Source of the DNA: Rebecca billardiae RCC1528
Taxonomy: Eukaryota; Protista; Haptophyta
Direction: 5' to 3'
DNA length: 64,000 nt
Assembly (NCBI GenBank): GCA_965240325.2
Contig: OZ251224.1
Coordinates: forward strand, 1-64,000
Positions 12,405 through 24,713 of this stretch are shown here, one piece after another; position 1 is the stretch's first letter; each line of letters starts with the position of its first letter. The notes beneath the pieces are model-generated. The model did not search any database and was not told the DNA's origin. It saw only the letters and a list, made by a program, of their open reading frames with translations. The position numbers and the translations under genes were made by a program.

Positions 12405-15400
12405 CATTGCGTTAATTTCTTGTGGGGCGAAACGAGTGTTCGCGAAAAAGGGAGGCTCTCGAAAATCACGAAAGCAGTGCTCCCATTGGCCGAAACGAGT
12501 GAACCATGTCACCCACATTTTGAGTAAAGTCCCATGAAAGACAAATAATGAAAACTGAGCAGATTGGAATCAGAGTCTCGCGAAAGCACTAATCATGTCA
12601 GCGAAGCAGAGGCCAAAGGCTTGTCTCCTAAACCCCTGGGTTTCGTCAACGAGGTCCCCCCCCCCTCATTGTCCGGGCGGCGACGACCAGTGCCGCTGAG
12701 TCCGGGCTGCGTCGCCAAGCGGCGGCTGGAGGAGCGACGGGCGCGCGAGCGTGGCGGCCCGCGGGTATCGCAGACCTTGTGGCACGTAGTCGCGCGTGTG
12801 CGCGCCGTCACCTTGCTTGTACAACACCAGGCGCTGACTCCCATGCCATTGCCTCGCCCGGAAGACTGCCTCGGCACCTTGTGTCTGCGTTCAAATGCTC
12901 ACAAAGCTGGCTCGCGGCGCTTGTGGCAGTGCCTAGCGTGCAAGAAGCTGCTACAAGTGGTGTCATAGCACTCAAGACCCGGCCGTGACGCATGGGGCTA
13001 GTCGGGTAGGCTGATATATGCTATCGGCGACCAGCAAAGCAGTTCGATCAGTGATCCGTGACGCTGGAAATGTCGTGCGCACAAACCGTTTGAAACGCGA
13101 GAGCGCCGCGCGTGCCAAACGTGACCACTTTCATGCGGCGTGCGGGGTCGGACGTCCAGCGCGCGTGTACGTATACATTGTACATGCATACCCCCACCTC
13201 CCCGAGCCATCTCCTCGCGCCCAGGCTCCCCAAATGTCGAGTCGGCTGGCAGGAAGTGACCGCTCGCACAAGGTCAAGCTCGCAAGTGGTTGCGCGCGCC
13301 AACCGCAAGGGCGACGAGCGAGGAGAGACATCAGCGGGCTGGTTTGTCGACGTTCCCCTACGTCTTGGGGCCCGCCCCGCCCAGCGTGCCGCCACGGAAC
13401 GCCCCGCAATCGACCGCTAGGACGCTCGGCGAGCACGCACCCACCGCCGCCACGGCAGCCGTCCCCCGAGCCAGGGGTGTAGGGGACAAGCCAAAGGCAC
13501 ACACGTCCAAAGCCCTATGATCCTGCAGGGAGGAGGCCGGGGGGCGACAACGAGTCCGGCGTATCAGAGGAACACTTTTGCGCGATTTCGTCAGACGAGA
13601 GCGCTCACGCTTCCTCGATGGCGTTGAGTGCCAGCGGGATGTTGCAGGTCGTCGTTCATGAGCGTGGCGAAGGGAGCGTCCAACCCATGCTTATCTGCAC
13701 GCGGCTGCGTGGCCCTCTCCGTCTCGGTCACCGCTGCGCTGCACCACACCCTCTCCGCTGCCCGCTGCTGCAGGCCGACTGCGGCAGGCGGACTTGAGCA
13801 GGACGCCGACGCCACAGGCCGACGAGGCGGCTACCGTCAGCCACGACCACTATGTGGAGGCACGTGATGTGCCATCCGTGCCGCGTGCAGCGGCGGCTGG
13901 AGCGCGGCAATCGCAGCCCGCCACGGCCTCGCTGGTGGCAGCGCATGCGCTGCATGCGGCATCAGAACGGCGCAGGCCCTGCGCGCCGGCGCTGTCGGTC
14001 GCGCTCGCGCTCGCCGCTCAAGCAGCGGCGCCGTGATCGGTGATGGAACGGTGTGCCTGCTGGCCATCTGCGCGCAAGGTGCGGGGTCCTCGTGCAGAGC
14101 ATGTCGACAGGCCGACAGTCAAGTAGGCGGAGGGTGCTTACCCGGCTCGGCGGTGAGCCTCGCCCGCGACTGCGCACATGAGGAGCGCGCGTGCATATCC
14201 ACGCCGCATTGGGCGGCAGCTGGAGTGGCGCAGCCACATTCTGCCGCAGCGCCGCCCCGCGCTTCCACGCTGGCAGACGCGGCGTCGAACCGCCTCCGTC
14301 GCCGCCTCCACCGCAGCATGATTGGGATCCGCCGGAGAAGAACGACCGTGTCGCGCGCGGCCAGACCGCCATCATCGGCGCGCGGACGCGGACGGCGGCG
14401 GGGCCGCGGGTGTGACTCGCGGATGTATGCCGCCATCATGGTCTGTGACACTGCCTTCGGATGCCACGGGACCGAGTGCCGTCAATGACTGCGCGGGCCA
14501 AGGCCGCGGCCGGGCGACGCCTGCGCCGGCCACGCCGCCGCCGTCAGTCAGCTGTCCGACGACACCTCGGATCTGCGGTCGACACCGGTCCCGCGGGCGC
14601 GGTGGCCTCGCCCTCGGACTTTTGACGAGCGCGACGGCTCGTTTTCTACATCATCACATATACGCTAGTTGCAGCATCAGCGCGGCCGCGGCGTCCCCGT
14701 GGCCGTCTACTGCGTCGTGCCGTCCGAGGCTGCTGACTGATGACCTCTTTACTCTTTATAGACTTTAGTCAGACCGTGCTGCCCGCGCCGTTGGCGTTGC
14801 CCGTTGATTATGAATATGACGATATGGTCGGATGTCGTCGTCAATAATTGATCGACACTGATGAGTGCGTCCGGCCGTAACTTTAGTCTCCGACGACTCC
14901 GCCGAGTAAGTCTAACAACAATGTAGTTATGGCGGCTGTCCGGGTCCCCGGCCGCGTCGACGTAGTGACGAACTCCGACGCTGCATGATTGATCTACTAT
15001 GCTGATGCCAATCGTCGGATAGGCAGCCTGGTGTGAGTCGTGGTGAGCGCCGCCAGCAGGCGTCGACTGACGAGCCGCCAGCAGGCGTTGACTGACGAGC
15101 TGCGTACTACAGTATGACGAGACGATAGTAATCGTCAGTATAGCTGCTGACACTAGACACTGTGATGTGACGACTATGATCCCGTCGCCGCCGCCCGCGC
15201 CGCTCGCCGGGAAGCAAGCAAGTGCTCGATCACTCGATCAGCGTGGCGGAGAACCGCCTTACACTGCAGCAGAGTCACCGTATTTAGTCTGCTGCTGTCT
15301 GAATCTGATGCCATGCGAGGCACGCCGTGACGCCGCGGGCCGCCGCCGGTCGGCACGCGCGCCGGGTGAGGCACGCCGTGACGCCGCGGGCCGCCGCCGG

Positions 15401-16790
15401 TAACGGCACATGGTCATGCGCCGAGTCACTCCGCGCCGGGTGCCCTGCCCCAGTACTACACTGTACTATTCACAACCGTAGGGCCGCAGGCGCTGATGAG
15501 CCTGTCGGGAATATACACGACTATACGACTACGGCATGCATGGTGATTGAAACGGATGAAGATCGAAGTGACTCTGAGTGAGGATCGAATCGGATGAGCC
15601 CGCTACAGCTTATTAAATATTATGGATGCCTCAGCCGCGGCCCGTCGCGCGGAGCCCGATGAGGCGGATGACGCCAGCAGCGCACTACGTGGGCGCACGG
15701 ATCTGAAAACCACTAGCTCGACAATGCACGGGAACAGTGGCGGTGCCCGGCGGCGCACAGACGCAGACTGCTATTATGATTATCAGAGCACGTTCTCACC
15801 GGGCAGCACTGCACGATCGAGTAGTGCCGCGGCCGGGGTGCCCGGCGCGGCGCACAGACACTATGATCATCGGAGCACGTTCTCACCGGGCAGCACCGTG
15901 GGATGGCCGTTATCGCCCTAGTCTTTGCCACCCCAGACCTGTACAGCAGCAGCCACCGCAGCTTCTTCCGCGCCTCGCCTCGTCGTCGGTGTTGAATGTG
16001 ACTCGCGGCCGGCGCGCTTGGCAATGATGGCGTCACCACTCACCAGCCGCCTCCGCGCAGAAGTGGCTTCGGTCAAAGTACACCAGCCTTGGCAAGGCAG
16101 TGGGCTCTGACGGTGCTCCCGACCTGACTGCACCACCCATGCTGTCGAGCAGTGACTGCGGCTGCAGGGAGCACTGCAAGAAGAGGTAGGACTCGATGCC
16201 CGCCGTGCCCGACCCATCCATTTCCCGCTCGCGCGGGTTCTCGAGTGACGAGATGATCAGGGGCAGGGCGTGGCGGTGTTGATGGCCGCGCGAGAACTGG
16301 TTTATCACGAACCTGCATGAGCTGACCACCGCATCTGTGGCTGCGGACACTCTGTTCGCTTCACGTGCTCCGCGCTGCGGAGCGCGGACTCCAACTGACC
16401 GGCCCCGCGCACGAGCAATTTACCGCGCAGCACCCGCCGGTCTTGGGCAACGGTCAACGCCCGGCCGCGTCCATCACCTTACTGCTTGGCGCCATTCTGC
16501 CACGCCGTGTTCGGACCGCAGCCCGAGCTGTAGTAGCGAGCAGGTGTTCGACGGAAAGGCCAGGGCGCCAGCTTCACCTCCCCTCGGTCGGAAGGCGGAG
16601 CTGGAGCTGGTCCTCGAACCGCGACGATGGGAAGATTGAAGAGTCCCTGCGGACCTCCCTATTACGGGAATCTTGCACTCTCGAGCGCTATTGAAGGGTG
16701 TCAAAGCATCAGCCAATCAGGGGCGGCCATGTTTTTTTCTCGACGCCTGCCAAACACTCGTTTCGGCCCACCTCATTGATTAACGCAATG
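12405..16790. mobile_element. 4.4-kb TIR element inserted in (GATA)n, no intact transposase
   Basis: CATTGCGTTAAT..GTGGGGCGAAACGAGTGTT at the left end and its imperfect reverse complement ending ATTAACGCAATG at the right; GATA phase preserved on both sides. Confidence 0.85.
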
Positions 16791-16888
<98 letters not shown>

Positions 16889-16889
16889 A
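16791..16889. repeat. (GATA)n microsatellite
   Basis: Direct reading. Confidence 0.97.
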
Positions 16890-17327
16890 TCATAGATTGT
16901 TGTATTAATTCCGAATTTCCTCCGTGCACGATTTCTTTTCTTCTCCAGGCGCTTGGATCCAACCGCCAGGAGAGGTCGAGTCCCAGGTACTACTCGCTGT
17001 CGTACCTGCCCTCCCTGAACCGGCACGAGCGCGCTCGGCCCCTAATCCTATTGCTTTCGCCGCTGTCCGCAGGCGAACGCAAGCCGCCGGGTACGTATGT
17101 CCGTTTTCCCCCGGCGCTATTGGTCTAACGACCTATCATCAGTTTACTGGTGCCGTTTGCTTCTTGCACTTGTGTGGGACGACTCCCGCACCGCCCGCTC
17201 GTCCGCACGGACGACGCTGCTGACGACGTCCGCAGGGACACTGTGATAAGCCCCTGCGTGACCGGGGAACTGGTAAGGCGGAATAAACATCGTGAGCTCA
17301 ATCGTGCGTAACCACGGACCGCCGGGC

Positions 17328-19408
17328 ATGGCCCACCCAACCGGTCGCAGCGCCGCGGGCGCCGCGGACAGCGGATCCGCGCGGGCGACGACGTCCGCGC
17401 GCGAGCTCGGCCTCGAGCAGCTGGGCGACAGCGCGAAGACCAACCAGATGCTCACTGGCGTGACGAACGAGTTTGCCAAGTTCGCAAGCTCCAACTCCAG
17501 CGTGAGCACCGACCTCTTCACCAGAACGGGCGGCAGCCTGAACCTGATGCCGGAGAGCACGTTCGTGACGCTTGCGCGGCAGCTGCCCTCGCTCGTCCCG
17601 ATCACGAGCAAGATCAAGGAGAAGAACGAGCAAATCGCCACGGTGGACGCGGCGACGCGCTCCAAGGAGAAGGTGCTCCTCGTCCGCGCGAAGGTCGCGC
17701 AGCGAGAGCTCGACGGCAAGAACGAGCCGATGACACCGGTACCACTCGCGGCCGCGCCGGCGTTCCCGCCCGCGGCAGCGCCCTCTGATGCGTCTGCGGA
17801 CGGCGACGACGCGAGCAGCGGGCCGGCGAGCGGTCTCCCGAGCGTTGAGGCGACGGTGAAGTTCGATGGCATGTCCGTCACGGCGGAGGAGCTGCACGAG
17901 CTCGTCGAGGCCAAGCTCGCGGAGATCACGGCCGAGAGGGACATCACCATCGGTAAGATTGCGATACTCGGAGAGGGCTTTGCTGGCGTCTCCGCGCTCG
18001 ACAGCCCGAACCTGATCTACCAGAAGGTGTATGAGAACTCCGCGGCCGTGCTGCTGAAGCTGTTGAAGTCGACGCTGAACGCGGAAGCGCAGCAGTACGT
18101 GGACGCGTGCTCGCGGCGCAAGGGCATGGGCCCCTACCCGAAGGCTGCCGAGCAGCTGCAGGCGTGGTGGATTGAGCTGCGTGAGCTGCGCGACGAGGTG
18201 AGCGTCGACCACCTGATGGACATCATGGCCCCGTACCTGAACACGGGGGAGAGCGAGCACAAGACATTCTCGGACCTGCCGTCGTACCTGGCGTACTCGA
18301 AGGAGCGGCAGCTCGTATTCGAGCGCCTGCGGGCGCCGGCCGAGGCGCTCGAGCTGGCCCGCGTGCTGCAGCCGCTGCGCAGCATGAAGGGCGACCTCTC
18401 GCTCAAGTTGAAGCTCGACAAGTTCCTCAAGATGCCGTACGCGGAGGTGACGAACGCGACGCTCGTCATGATGAACTCCGACCTCGCGAGCCACCCGCCG
18501 CGCGGTGTGATCACCGTGGGCAACGTGAAGGAGCGCCCGCCCCCGCGCCAGCCGCCGAAGCAGCCGGCGCACGAGGTGTCCGGCGCGACGACGCCGCACG
18601 TCCCGCCAAAGCTGAAGTGCGACTTGTGTAAGGGGAACCACTACTACGGCAAGATGTGCTCGCAGTTCAAGCCGGACGGCCCGGTGCCGCCAGCGGTGGT
18701 CGCTGCGCGCGAGGAGCGCGCTGCTGCGCGCGCGCGTGCGAGGCAGGAGCAACCGGGCGCGGGTGCGCGCCGCGCCGCGGACCGCGGGGCCATCATCGTG
18801 CCCGCGGGTGTCCCCGGCCGGAGCATCGCACCGGGCGTCCGCGCGGTCCAGGCGATCGAGAACATTGACGAGGTGGAGCCTCACGACGAGGTGATCGGCG
18901 GGCGCGTCGCCGCCGCGGTCGTCGAGGACAAGGGGGGCGCCGAGCCGCCCAACCGAGCGAACGGGCGCATTGACTCCGCTGCCGACCGGTCAGTCGGCGG
19001 GATGTGGATGGTCGACGCCGGTCTTGTGGAGAACTTGACGGCGCAGAACGGCGCGCTCATCGGCTTTGATGGCGGGGCCGCGGCCTCGTCGCTCAAGGGT
19101 GAGATCACCGCGCGCATGCTGAGCGTGGACGGCTCCGACTCGCAGCTGATCAAGTGCGAGATCTGGATTGCCGAGGGCGTGGAGACCATCCTGCTGTCCG
19201 CGGACGCGCTCGCGAGCGTCGGCGCGACGACCACCATCTCCAAGTGGCGGCAGTCGTCGTGCGACTTCACGGACGTCGGAGGCGGCTACATCAAGATCGG
19301 CTCGGACGCGCGCGTCATCCTCGAGCTCCAGCCCGTCGAGGAGGCGGCCGCCGCCGCGGCGGGGCGCGTCGAGCCGGAGGCCGAACGCGCGCCCGCGCCC
19401 GCGCCTGT

Positions 19409-19446
<38 letters not shown>

Positions 19447-19472
19447 TCGGGCGCGCGCCGGGAAACGAGTAG
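17328..19472 (+). CDS. gag: Copia Gag plus aspartic protease
   Basis: Zinc knuckle CDLCKGNHYYGKMC; protease-like RIDSAADRSV and downstream ILLS motif. Confidence 0.85.
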
Positions 19473-19527
19473 GGCCCGAGCGCGCGGCGGCTGAGCGAGC
19501 TGCCGCCGGGCGTGCGCGCACGCCCGG
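19460..19527 (+). other. Putative -1 ribosomal frameshift signal
   Basis: G_GGA_AAC in gag phase two codons before the gag stop, followed by GC-rich stem-loops. Confidence 0.78.
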
Positions 19528-22500
19528 TGACAAGGAGCTCGGCCTGTGGGCCGCCCGCTTGGGCACGACGAACAAGACTTTGCTGACTCGCACTTGGCGC
19601 GCCACCGCTGGCATGCCGGAGGCGACGATGGCGCGCGCGCCGCTGGACACGCTGTCCGGCGCGCACATGAAACGACGGCCCTTTAACCGGCCCATGCCCC
19701 GCGCGACGCACCCGCGCGAGGTGACGCACATGGACGTGGTGTCCGTGTCGAAGATTGACTTGCCGATCGGCGAGGCCGGGATCCCGGTCGGCATGAAGTA
19801 CGCGCTGGTGTGTGTAGATGACTACTCGCGCCGGATGAGCGTCTACTTCTGCAAGTTGAAGTCGCAGATACCTGACCTGATCGCGATGTATTTTCGCGAG
19901 ATGGGAGCGCACGAGCTGTACGGCTCGCACATCGAGCTTGGACCTGGGTTCAAGCGATTCCACATCCACACCGACGGCGGCACCGAGCTGAACTCGGAGC
20001 GCGTGTCCGAGCTGCTGCTGCAGCTTGGCCTCGCCGCCAACGTGACGAGCGCGCCCGACACTCCCTCCTCGAATGGGGTGGCGGAGCACGCGATCCAGAC
20101 TCTGGTGCGCGACACGATTGCGCGCCTTGCGATGACGGGCATGCCTGCCCAGCATTGGCACTATGCGATGCGCCACGCGTGCGCGAGCAGAAACCGCTTG
20201 GCGTCCAGGCGAATCATGCGCGACGGCGCGCTGATGTTCGTGACGCCCTACGAGCTCTTTTTTGGCAAGCCGCCGGACATGCGTCACGTGATCGTGTTCG
20301 GCGCCCCGTGCCGTGTGGTCCTGCAGGGACTCGAGAAGCAGCGGCGGGGCAAGCTGGGCATGCCGACGGTGCGTGGCCGCGTCCTCGGTCACGGCATCGA
20401 CGGCTCCCAGATCGACAAGACGTTCCGGCTGCTGCTGGGGTACGTCGTGCTGCTCGATGACGGGCGCGTGATTCACTCCAAGCACGTGTACATTGATGAG
20501 CGGTCGCTGGTCGAGGGGGGGCACACTCCGTTCGCGACCAGCTATGACGGTGCCGAGCCCGAGGGAGACGCCGCTGACGGCGAGCTCACCGACGAGGGCG
20601 ACGGGCATTTTGAGATTGAGGACGGTGCAGCCGACGACGGCGGCGCTGCTGCTCATGACGACGGGGGCGCGGCGAGCGAAGCTGCGCGACCGAGCGCCGA
20701 CGGCGATGACGCCGGAGGCGATGACGACGCACGAGCTGGTGAGTCCGCGGCGCCCGAGCTGCCGCGCGACTACGACCCGATGCGACGAGACCGAGCGAGG
20801 CGGAGCAGACCCGCCGCGCAGACGGTGCAGGCTGTGACCGAGGCAGCGTTCCAGGCCGCGGGCGAGGAACCTACCGAGGAGAACAGCTTCGAGGCATTCG
20901 CTGCGACGACAATCGCGCGGATGAATGGTGTGCCGATCACCATCCCCACGACGTGGGACGAGGCGATGAAATCGCCCGAGGCCAAGCTCTGGATGCAGGC
21001 CTGCCATGACCACCTCGACGCGCACGGCGTGAGACACACGTTCTTCGAGGTGATTGTTCCGGACACCACGCGCACGATTCCTGTCAAGTGGGTGTTCGAC
21101 GTGAAGACGCTTCCCGATGGCGAAGTGATCAAGTTCAAGGCGCGGCTGGTAACCCAGGGGTTCCGCCAGCGTGAGGGCATCGACTTCAATGAGGTGTTCG
21201 CCCCGACGATACGACCAGAACAGCTGCGGCTGATGCTCGCGGTCGCGCTCAAGGCCAAAGGCGTCTCGATGACGGACGCGGCGAGCGCCAAGATCGTGGA
21301 GATGCGACCCGCCGACGTGCGGCACGCATACCTGAACAGCGACCTGCCGGAGGGCGAGGAGGTGATGACACCGCTCCCGCCTGGCTACACCCCGAAGAGC
21401 TCGACGCCGCTCGGCTCGAAGGTGGTCGCGAAGTTTGTGAAGGCGCTCCCAGGCATGCGCCAGGCCGGGCGCGTGTGGTACCTACACTTGCGTAAGTGTT
21501 TGCTCGAACATGGGTTCGAGCCGTGCCCGAGCGCGCCGTGCATCTACTCGAAGGCAGTCGATGGCGGCTACGTGTTCGTCGGTCACTTTGTCGACGATCT
21601 GCTGATGATGAACATCTCGAAGGACAAGAACGCATTGGACGCGCTGATGACGGCGTTGCTGACGCACTACGAGATGCAGGGCGCGGACTGCCTGAGCAAG
21701 TTCCTTGGCGCCGAATTTGAGACCACGGTGGACGGACTTTTTACCCACCTGAACCAGTACATCGGTGATGTGTGCGAGCGCTTCCACCTGAGTGGAGAGC
21801 GCCACCCACCGACCCCCGAGTGCAGCGAGACGCGCGAGATCCCCCGCCCGCTGCAAGCCCTCCTGCTGCGCGCTGACCGCCAGCACTACCAGGAGATGAC
21901 CGGTGCCCTCATGTACTGCATGACGACGTGTCGCCCCGACATCGCACACGCCGTGAACATGCTGGCACGCCGGATGTCCAATCCCCGGCTCTACGACTTG
22001 ACCGCCGCGAAGCGCACGCTCCGATACTTGCTCGGCACGCGTCGGCGCGGCATCCTCTTCCGGCACGCGACGCACGCACAACACCCTGATTTGGTGGCGT
22101 ACGCGGACTCGGACTGGGCGAACGATCGTGAAGATCGACGTTCTACGACGGGATACCTTGTTATGTACAACGGGGTCCCGATCTCGTGGCACAGCGGACT
22201 GCAGAGCGTGGTCGCGTTGTCTACGTGCGAGGCGGAGTACATCGCGCTGAGCGAGTGCTGCCGCGAGGTGATCTACCTGCGCGACCTGGTCACGTTTTTG
22301 AACGAGCCGGTCGTGGAGCCCACGACGGTGATCTACGAGGATAACCAGGGCACGATCGATTTGACGAACAACCCGGTGCACCACAAGCGCACCAAGCACA
22401 TTGACGTGAAGTACCATTTCACGCGGCGCGCGCAAGCCGACGGCGCCGTGCTGATCCAGAAGGTGCCGACCGACGACAACCGGTCCGACATCATGACCAA

Positions 22501-22582
22501 GGCTACCGCGACGAGTACTTTTCTCAAGCACGTCGTGGCGATACTGCATGCTGTTCCACCACCTCCGCCGCCTTCGGCATGA
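19460..22582 (+). CDS. pol: Copia integrase-RT-RNase H in the -1 frame relative to gag
   Basis: CVDDYSR/HTDGGTE/NGVAE (integrase); KARLVTQGFRQREGIDF and FVDDLL (RT); ADSDWA, EAEYIA, EDNQG, KHIDVKYHF (RNase H). Confidence 0.95.
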   Translation, partial: GKRVGPERAAAERAAAGRARTPGDKELGLWAARLGTTNKTLLTRTWRATAGMPEATMARAPLDTLSGAHMKRRPFNRPMPRATHPREVTHMDVVSVSKIDLPIGEAGIPVGMKYALVCVDDYSRRMSVYFCKLKSQIPDLIAMYFREMGAHELYGSHIELGPGFKRFHIHTDGGTELNSERVSELLLQLGLAANVTSAPDTPSSNGVAEHAIQTLVRDTIARLAMTGMPAQHWHYAMRHACASRNRLASRRIMRDGALMFVTPYELFFGKPPDMRHVIVFGAPCRVVLQGLEKQRRGKLGMPTVRGRVLGHGIDGSQIDKTFRLLLGYVVLLDDGRVIHSKHVYIDERSLVEGGHTPFATSYDGAEPEGDAADGELTDEGDGHFEIEDGAADDGGAAAHDDGGAASEAARPSADGDDAGGDDDARAGESAAPELPRDYDPMRRDRARRSRPAAQTVQAVTEAAFQAAGEEPTEENSFEAFAATTIARMNGVPITIPTTWDEAMKSPEAKLWMQACHDHLDAHGVRHTFFEVIVPDTTRTIPVKWVFDVKTLPDGEVIKFKARLVTQGFRQREGIDFNEVFAPTIRPEQLRLMLAVALKAKGVSMTDAASAKIVEMRPADVRHAYLNSDLPEGEEVMTPLPPGYTPKSSTPLGSKVVAKFVKALPGMRQAGRVWYLHLRKCLLEHGFEPCPSAPCIYSKAVDGGYVFVGHFVDDLLMMNISKDKNALDALMTALLTHYEMQGADCLSKFLGAEFETTVDGLFTHLNQYIGDVCERFHLSGERHPPTPECSETREIPRPLQALLLRADRQHYQEMTGALMYCMTTCRPDIAHAVNMLARRMSNPRLYDLTAAKRTLRYLLGTRRRGILFRHATHAQHPDLVAYADSDWANDREDRRSTTGYLVMYNGVPISWHSGLQSVVALSTCEAEYIALSECCREVIYLRDLVTFLNEPVVEPTTVIYEDNQGTIDLTNNPVHHKRTKHIDVKYHFTRRAQADGAVLIQKVPTDDNRSDIMTKATATSTFLKHVVAILHAVPPPPPPSA

Positions 22583-22989
22583 TGTCGAGGGGGGGTGTTG
22601 TATTAATTCCGAATTTCCTCCGTGCACGATTTCTTTTCTTCTCCAGGCGCTTGGATCCAACCGCCAGGAGAGGTCGAGTCCCAGGTACTACTCGCTGTCG
22701 TACCTGCCCTCCCTGAACCGGCACGAGCGCGCTCGGCCCCTAATCCTATTGCTTTCGCCGCTGTCCGCAGGCGAACGCAAGCCGCCGGGTACGTATGTCC
22801 GTTTTCCCCCGGCGCTATTGGTCTAACGACCTATCATCAGTTTACTGGTGCCGTTTGCTTCTTGCACTTGTGTGGGACGACTCCCGCACCGCCCGCTCGT
22901 CCGCACGGACGACGCTGCTGACGACGTCCGCAGGGACACTGTGATAAGCCCCTGCGTGACCGGGGAACTGGTAAGGCGGAATAAACATC

Positions 22990-22990
<1 letters not shown>

Positions 22991-23080
<90 letters not shown>
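22991..23080. repeat. (GATA)n microsatellite
   Basis: Direct reading. Confidence 0.97.
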
Positions 23081-23155
23081 TACCATATATATGCATTATT
23101 CAATATGGGCGTCGTAGTCGGTCCGAGCCCTACAAGTAATTCTCGACTGGCGTCG

Positions 23156-24449
23156 TCAGTTGCCCTGGCGGCCGAGCTGCTGCATCTTCTCGCCAAACTG
23201 GTCGAGCGCGTTCAGTTTGAGGCTGTGGCCGAGCCCTTCCACAAGAGGACCGCTGGCGCGTGCAATCAGGCGTTTTGCTTTGCCAGCCATCGAGTCATCA
23301 CGTGGGGGAATCAGCAGCTCCTCGTACGTGTACTCCGTCCGGACGCTCGCGCTCTCTTCCCCTGCGCCGGCCGTCTCACGCGCGCGGAGTGCGCCCACCT
23401 CCACGGCGTACGCGCGCGTGAGCAGCCCCCACTCGGCCAGCGCGGCGATGCACGCCAGGTCCTCCTCAAAGTAGGCGCGCAGGAACTCGGCCGAGCTGCT
23501 CGAGAGCGGGCGGCGGGGGCGGCCGGTGGAGGAGTCATGCACGTGCGCCAGGACTGGCTTGCGAGGGGCGCCGCTCCAGCCGAGCGCCTTGCCCAGCGCC
23601 GGCATCATCGCTGCCCAGCTCTCCTCAAAGTGCTCCGCCGTGCCCACGAAGGCCAGCCGCACGAGCTGCAGGCCGGCGAGGCCGCCCATGTAGTGCGCGA
23701 TGCCGGTGAGCGCGTGCGGCACATGGTCAAAGACCGCGCGCAGCGCCTCCCGCGCGTGCGGTGCGGCCGCGCATACCCTCACCAGCCACTCCAGATCCGT
23801 CCGCTTGCTGCCAGGTGCGCTGCCAAGCTGCTCGAGGCCTGGCGTGCGGCGCAGTGCGGAGAGCGTTTCGTTGAAGAACATGTTGACGCGATTGATCCGG
23901 TTTGCACGTTCGACCGTCGGCAGCATGCCGTGGTCCACATTCAGCATGAAACCCCAGCAGGACGCGAACCGAGCGACTGGGTCGCGCACCCAAAGGATCA
24001 TCGGGCCGCTGAGCGCAGCAGCAGCGACCGCATCGCCGCGAGAGAGCACGGGCGTGGTCGGGTCCTGGATTTGCAACGGGCATGCTGAGCTGTTGTTCGC
24101 AATAAGAGGGCCGCCGACCAACTGGTACTGGCAGCGGGGCGGAATGCGCACGTGCTCGCCGGCATGGGCCCTGCACGTCGTGTGCACTTCGATCACGTCA
24201 TCCACGAGGCCGCGAACGCACAGCTGCGTGAGACCAGCGGTCACCGTCGAGCCTCCGGCCTTGCCGATGTGCACAAACACGAGAGTCGTGCGTGACTCGC
24301 GCGCTGCAACTCCTGCGAGAAGCACGGAGAGCAGTCCCACACGCGCCGTTGGCGCCTTCAAGCTCGGGCTGCCCGCGCGCTGCAGCTTCCCGCTGCACCC
24401 CCGCGCTGCAGCTGCCACGCCATCGCCCCGCGTCCCCATCATTTGCATG
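23156..24449 (-). CDS. Membrane-anchored sulfotransferase-family protein
   Basis: FVHIGKAGGST (5'-PSB) and WVRDPVARFASCW (3'-PB) motifs; hydrophobic N-terminal segment; start uncertain. Confidence 0.8.
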
Positions 24450-24713
24450 ACTCCGACTATGGGGGTAGTTCGTACAATACGAAAAAGAGAGTATGTTGTG
24501 ACAATATGTATCATGTAGGAAGCGGGGACGCCTATTTAAGTGCGCGGTCCGGCAGATAGACCGAGACACCCAGTAGTGGGGTGCACACGAGCCCGGAGCT
24601 GGCCACTCCTGGGCTCCTGGCCCCGCACGAGGCAGCCACAGGCCGTACGCTGAGCTGCCGCCCAAAGTGTCCAGTGTAATGTTGGAGACCCTGTAATTTA
24701 GGCTTTAGCGGCG

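Larger units (their letters stand above)
16898..22990 (+). mobile_element. Full-length Ty1/Copia LTR retrotransposon
   Basis: 395-bp LTRs at 16898-17292 and 22596-22990 starting TGTTG; TAGAT TSD; G-rich PPT before the 3' LTR; IN-RT-RH order. Confidence 0.97.

Noticed and set aside
12840-13700. Merlin/IS1595-like transposase relic
   Set aside because: Only loose fragments (WQCLAC, SSDE, VVHERGE); the opposite strand looks equally coding and the termini are not GG-type
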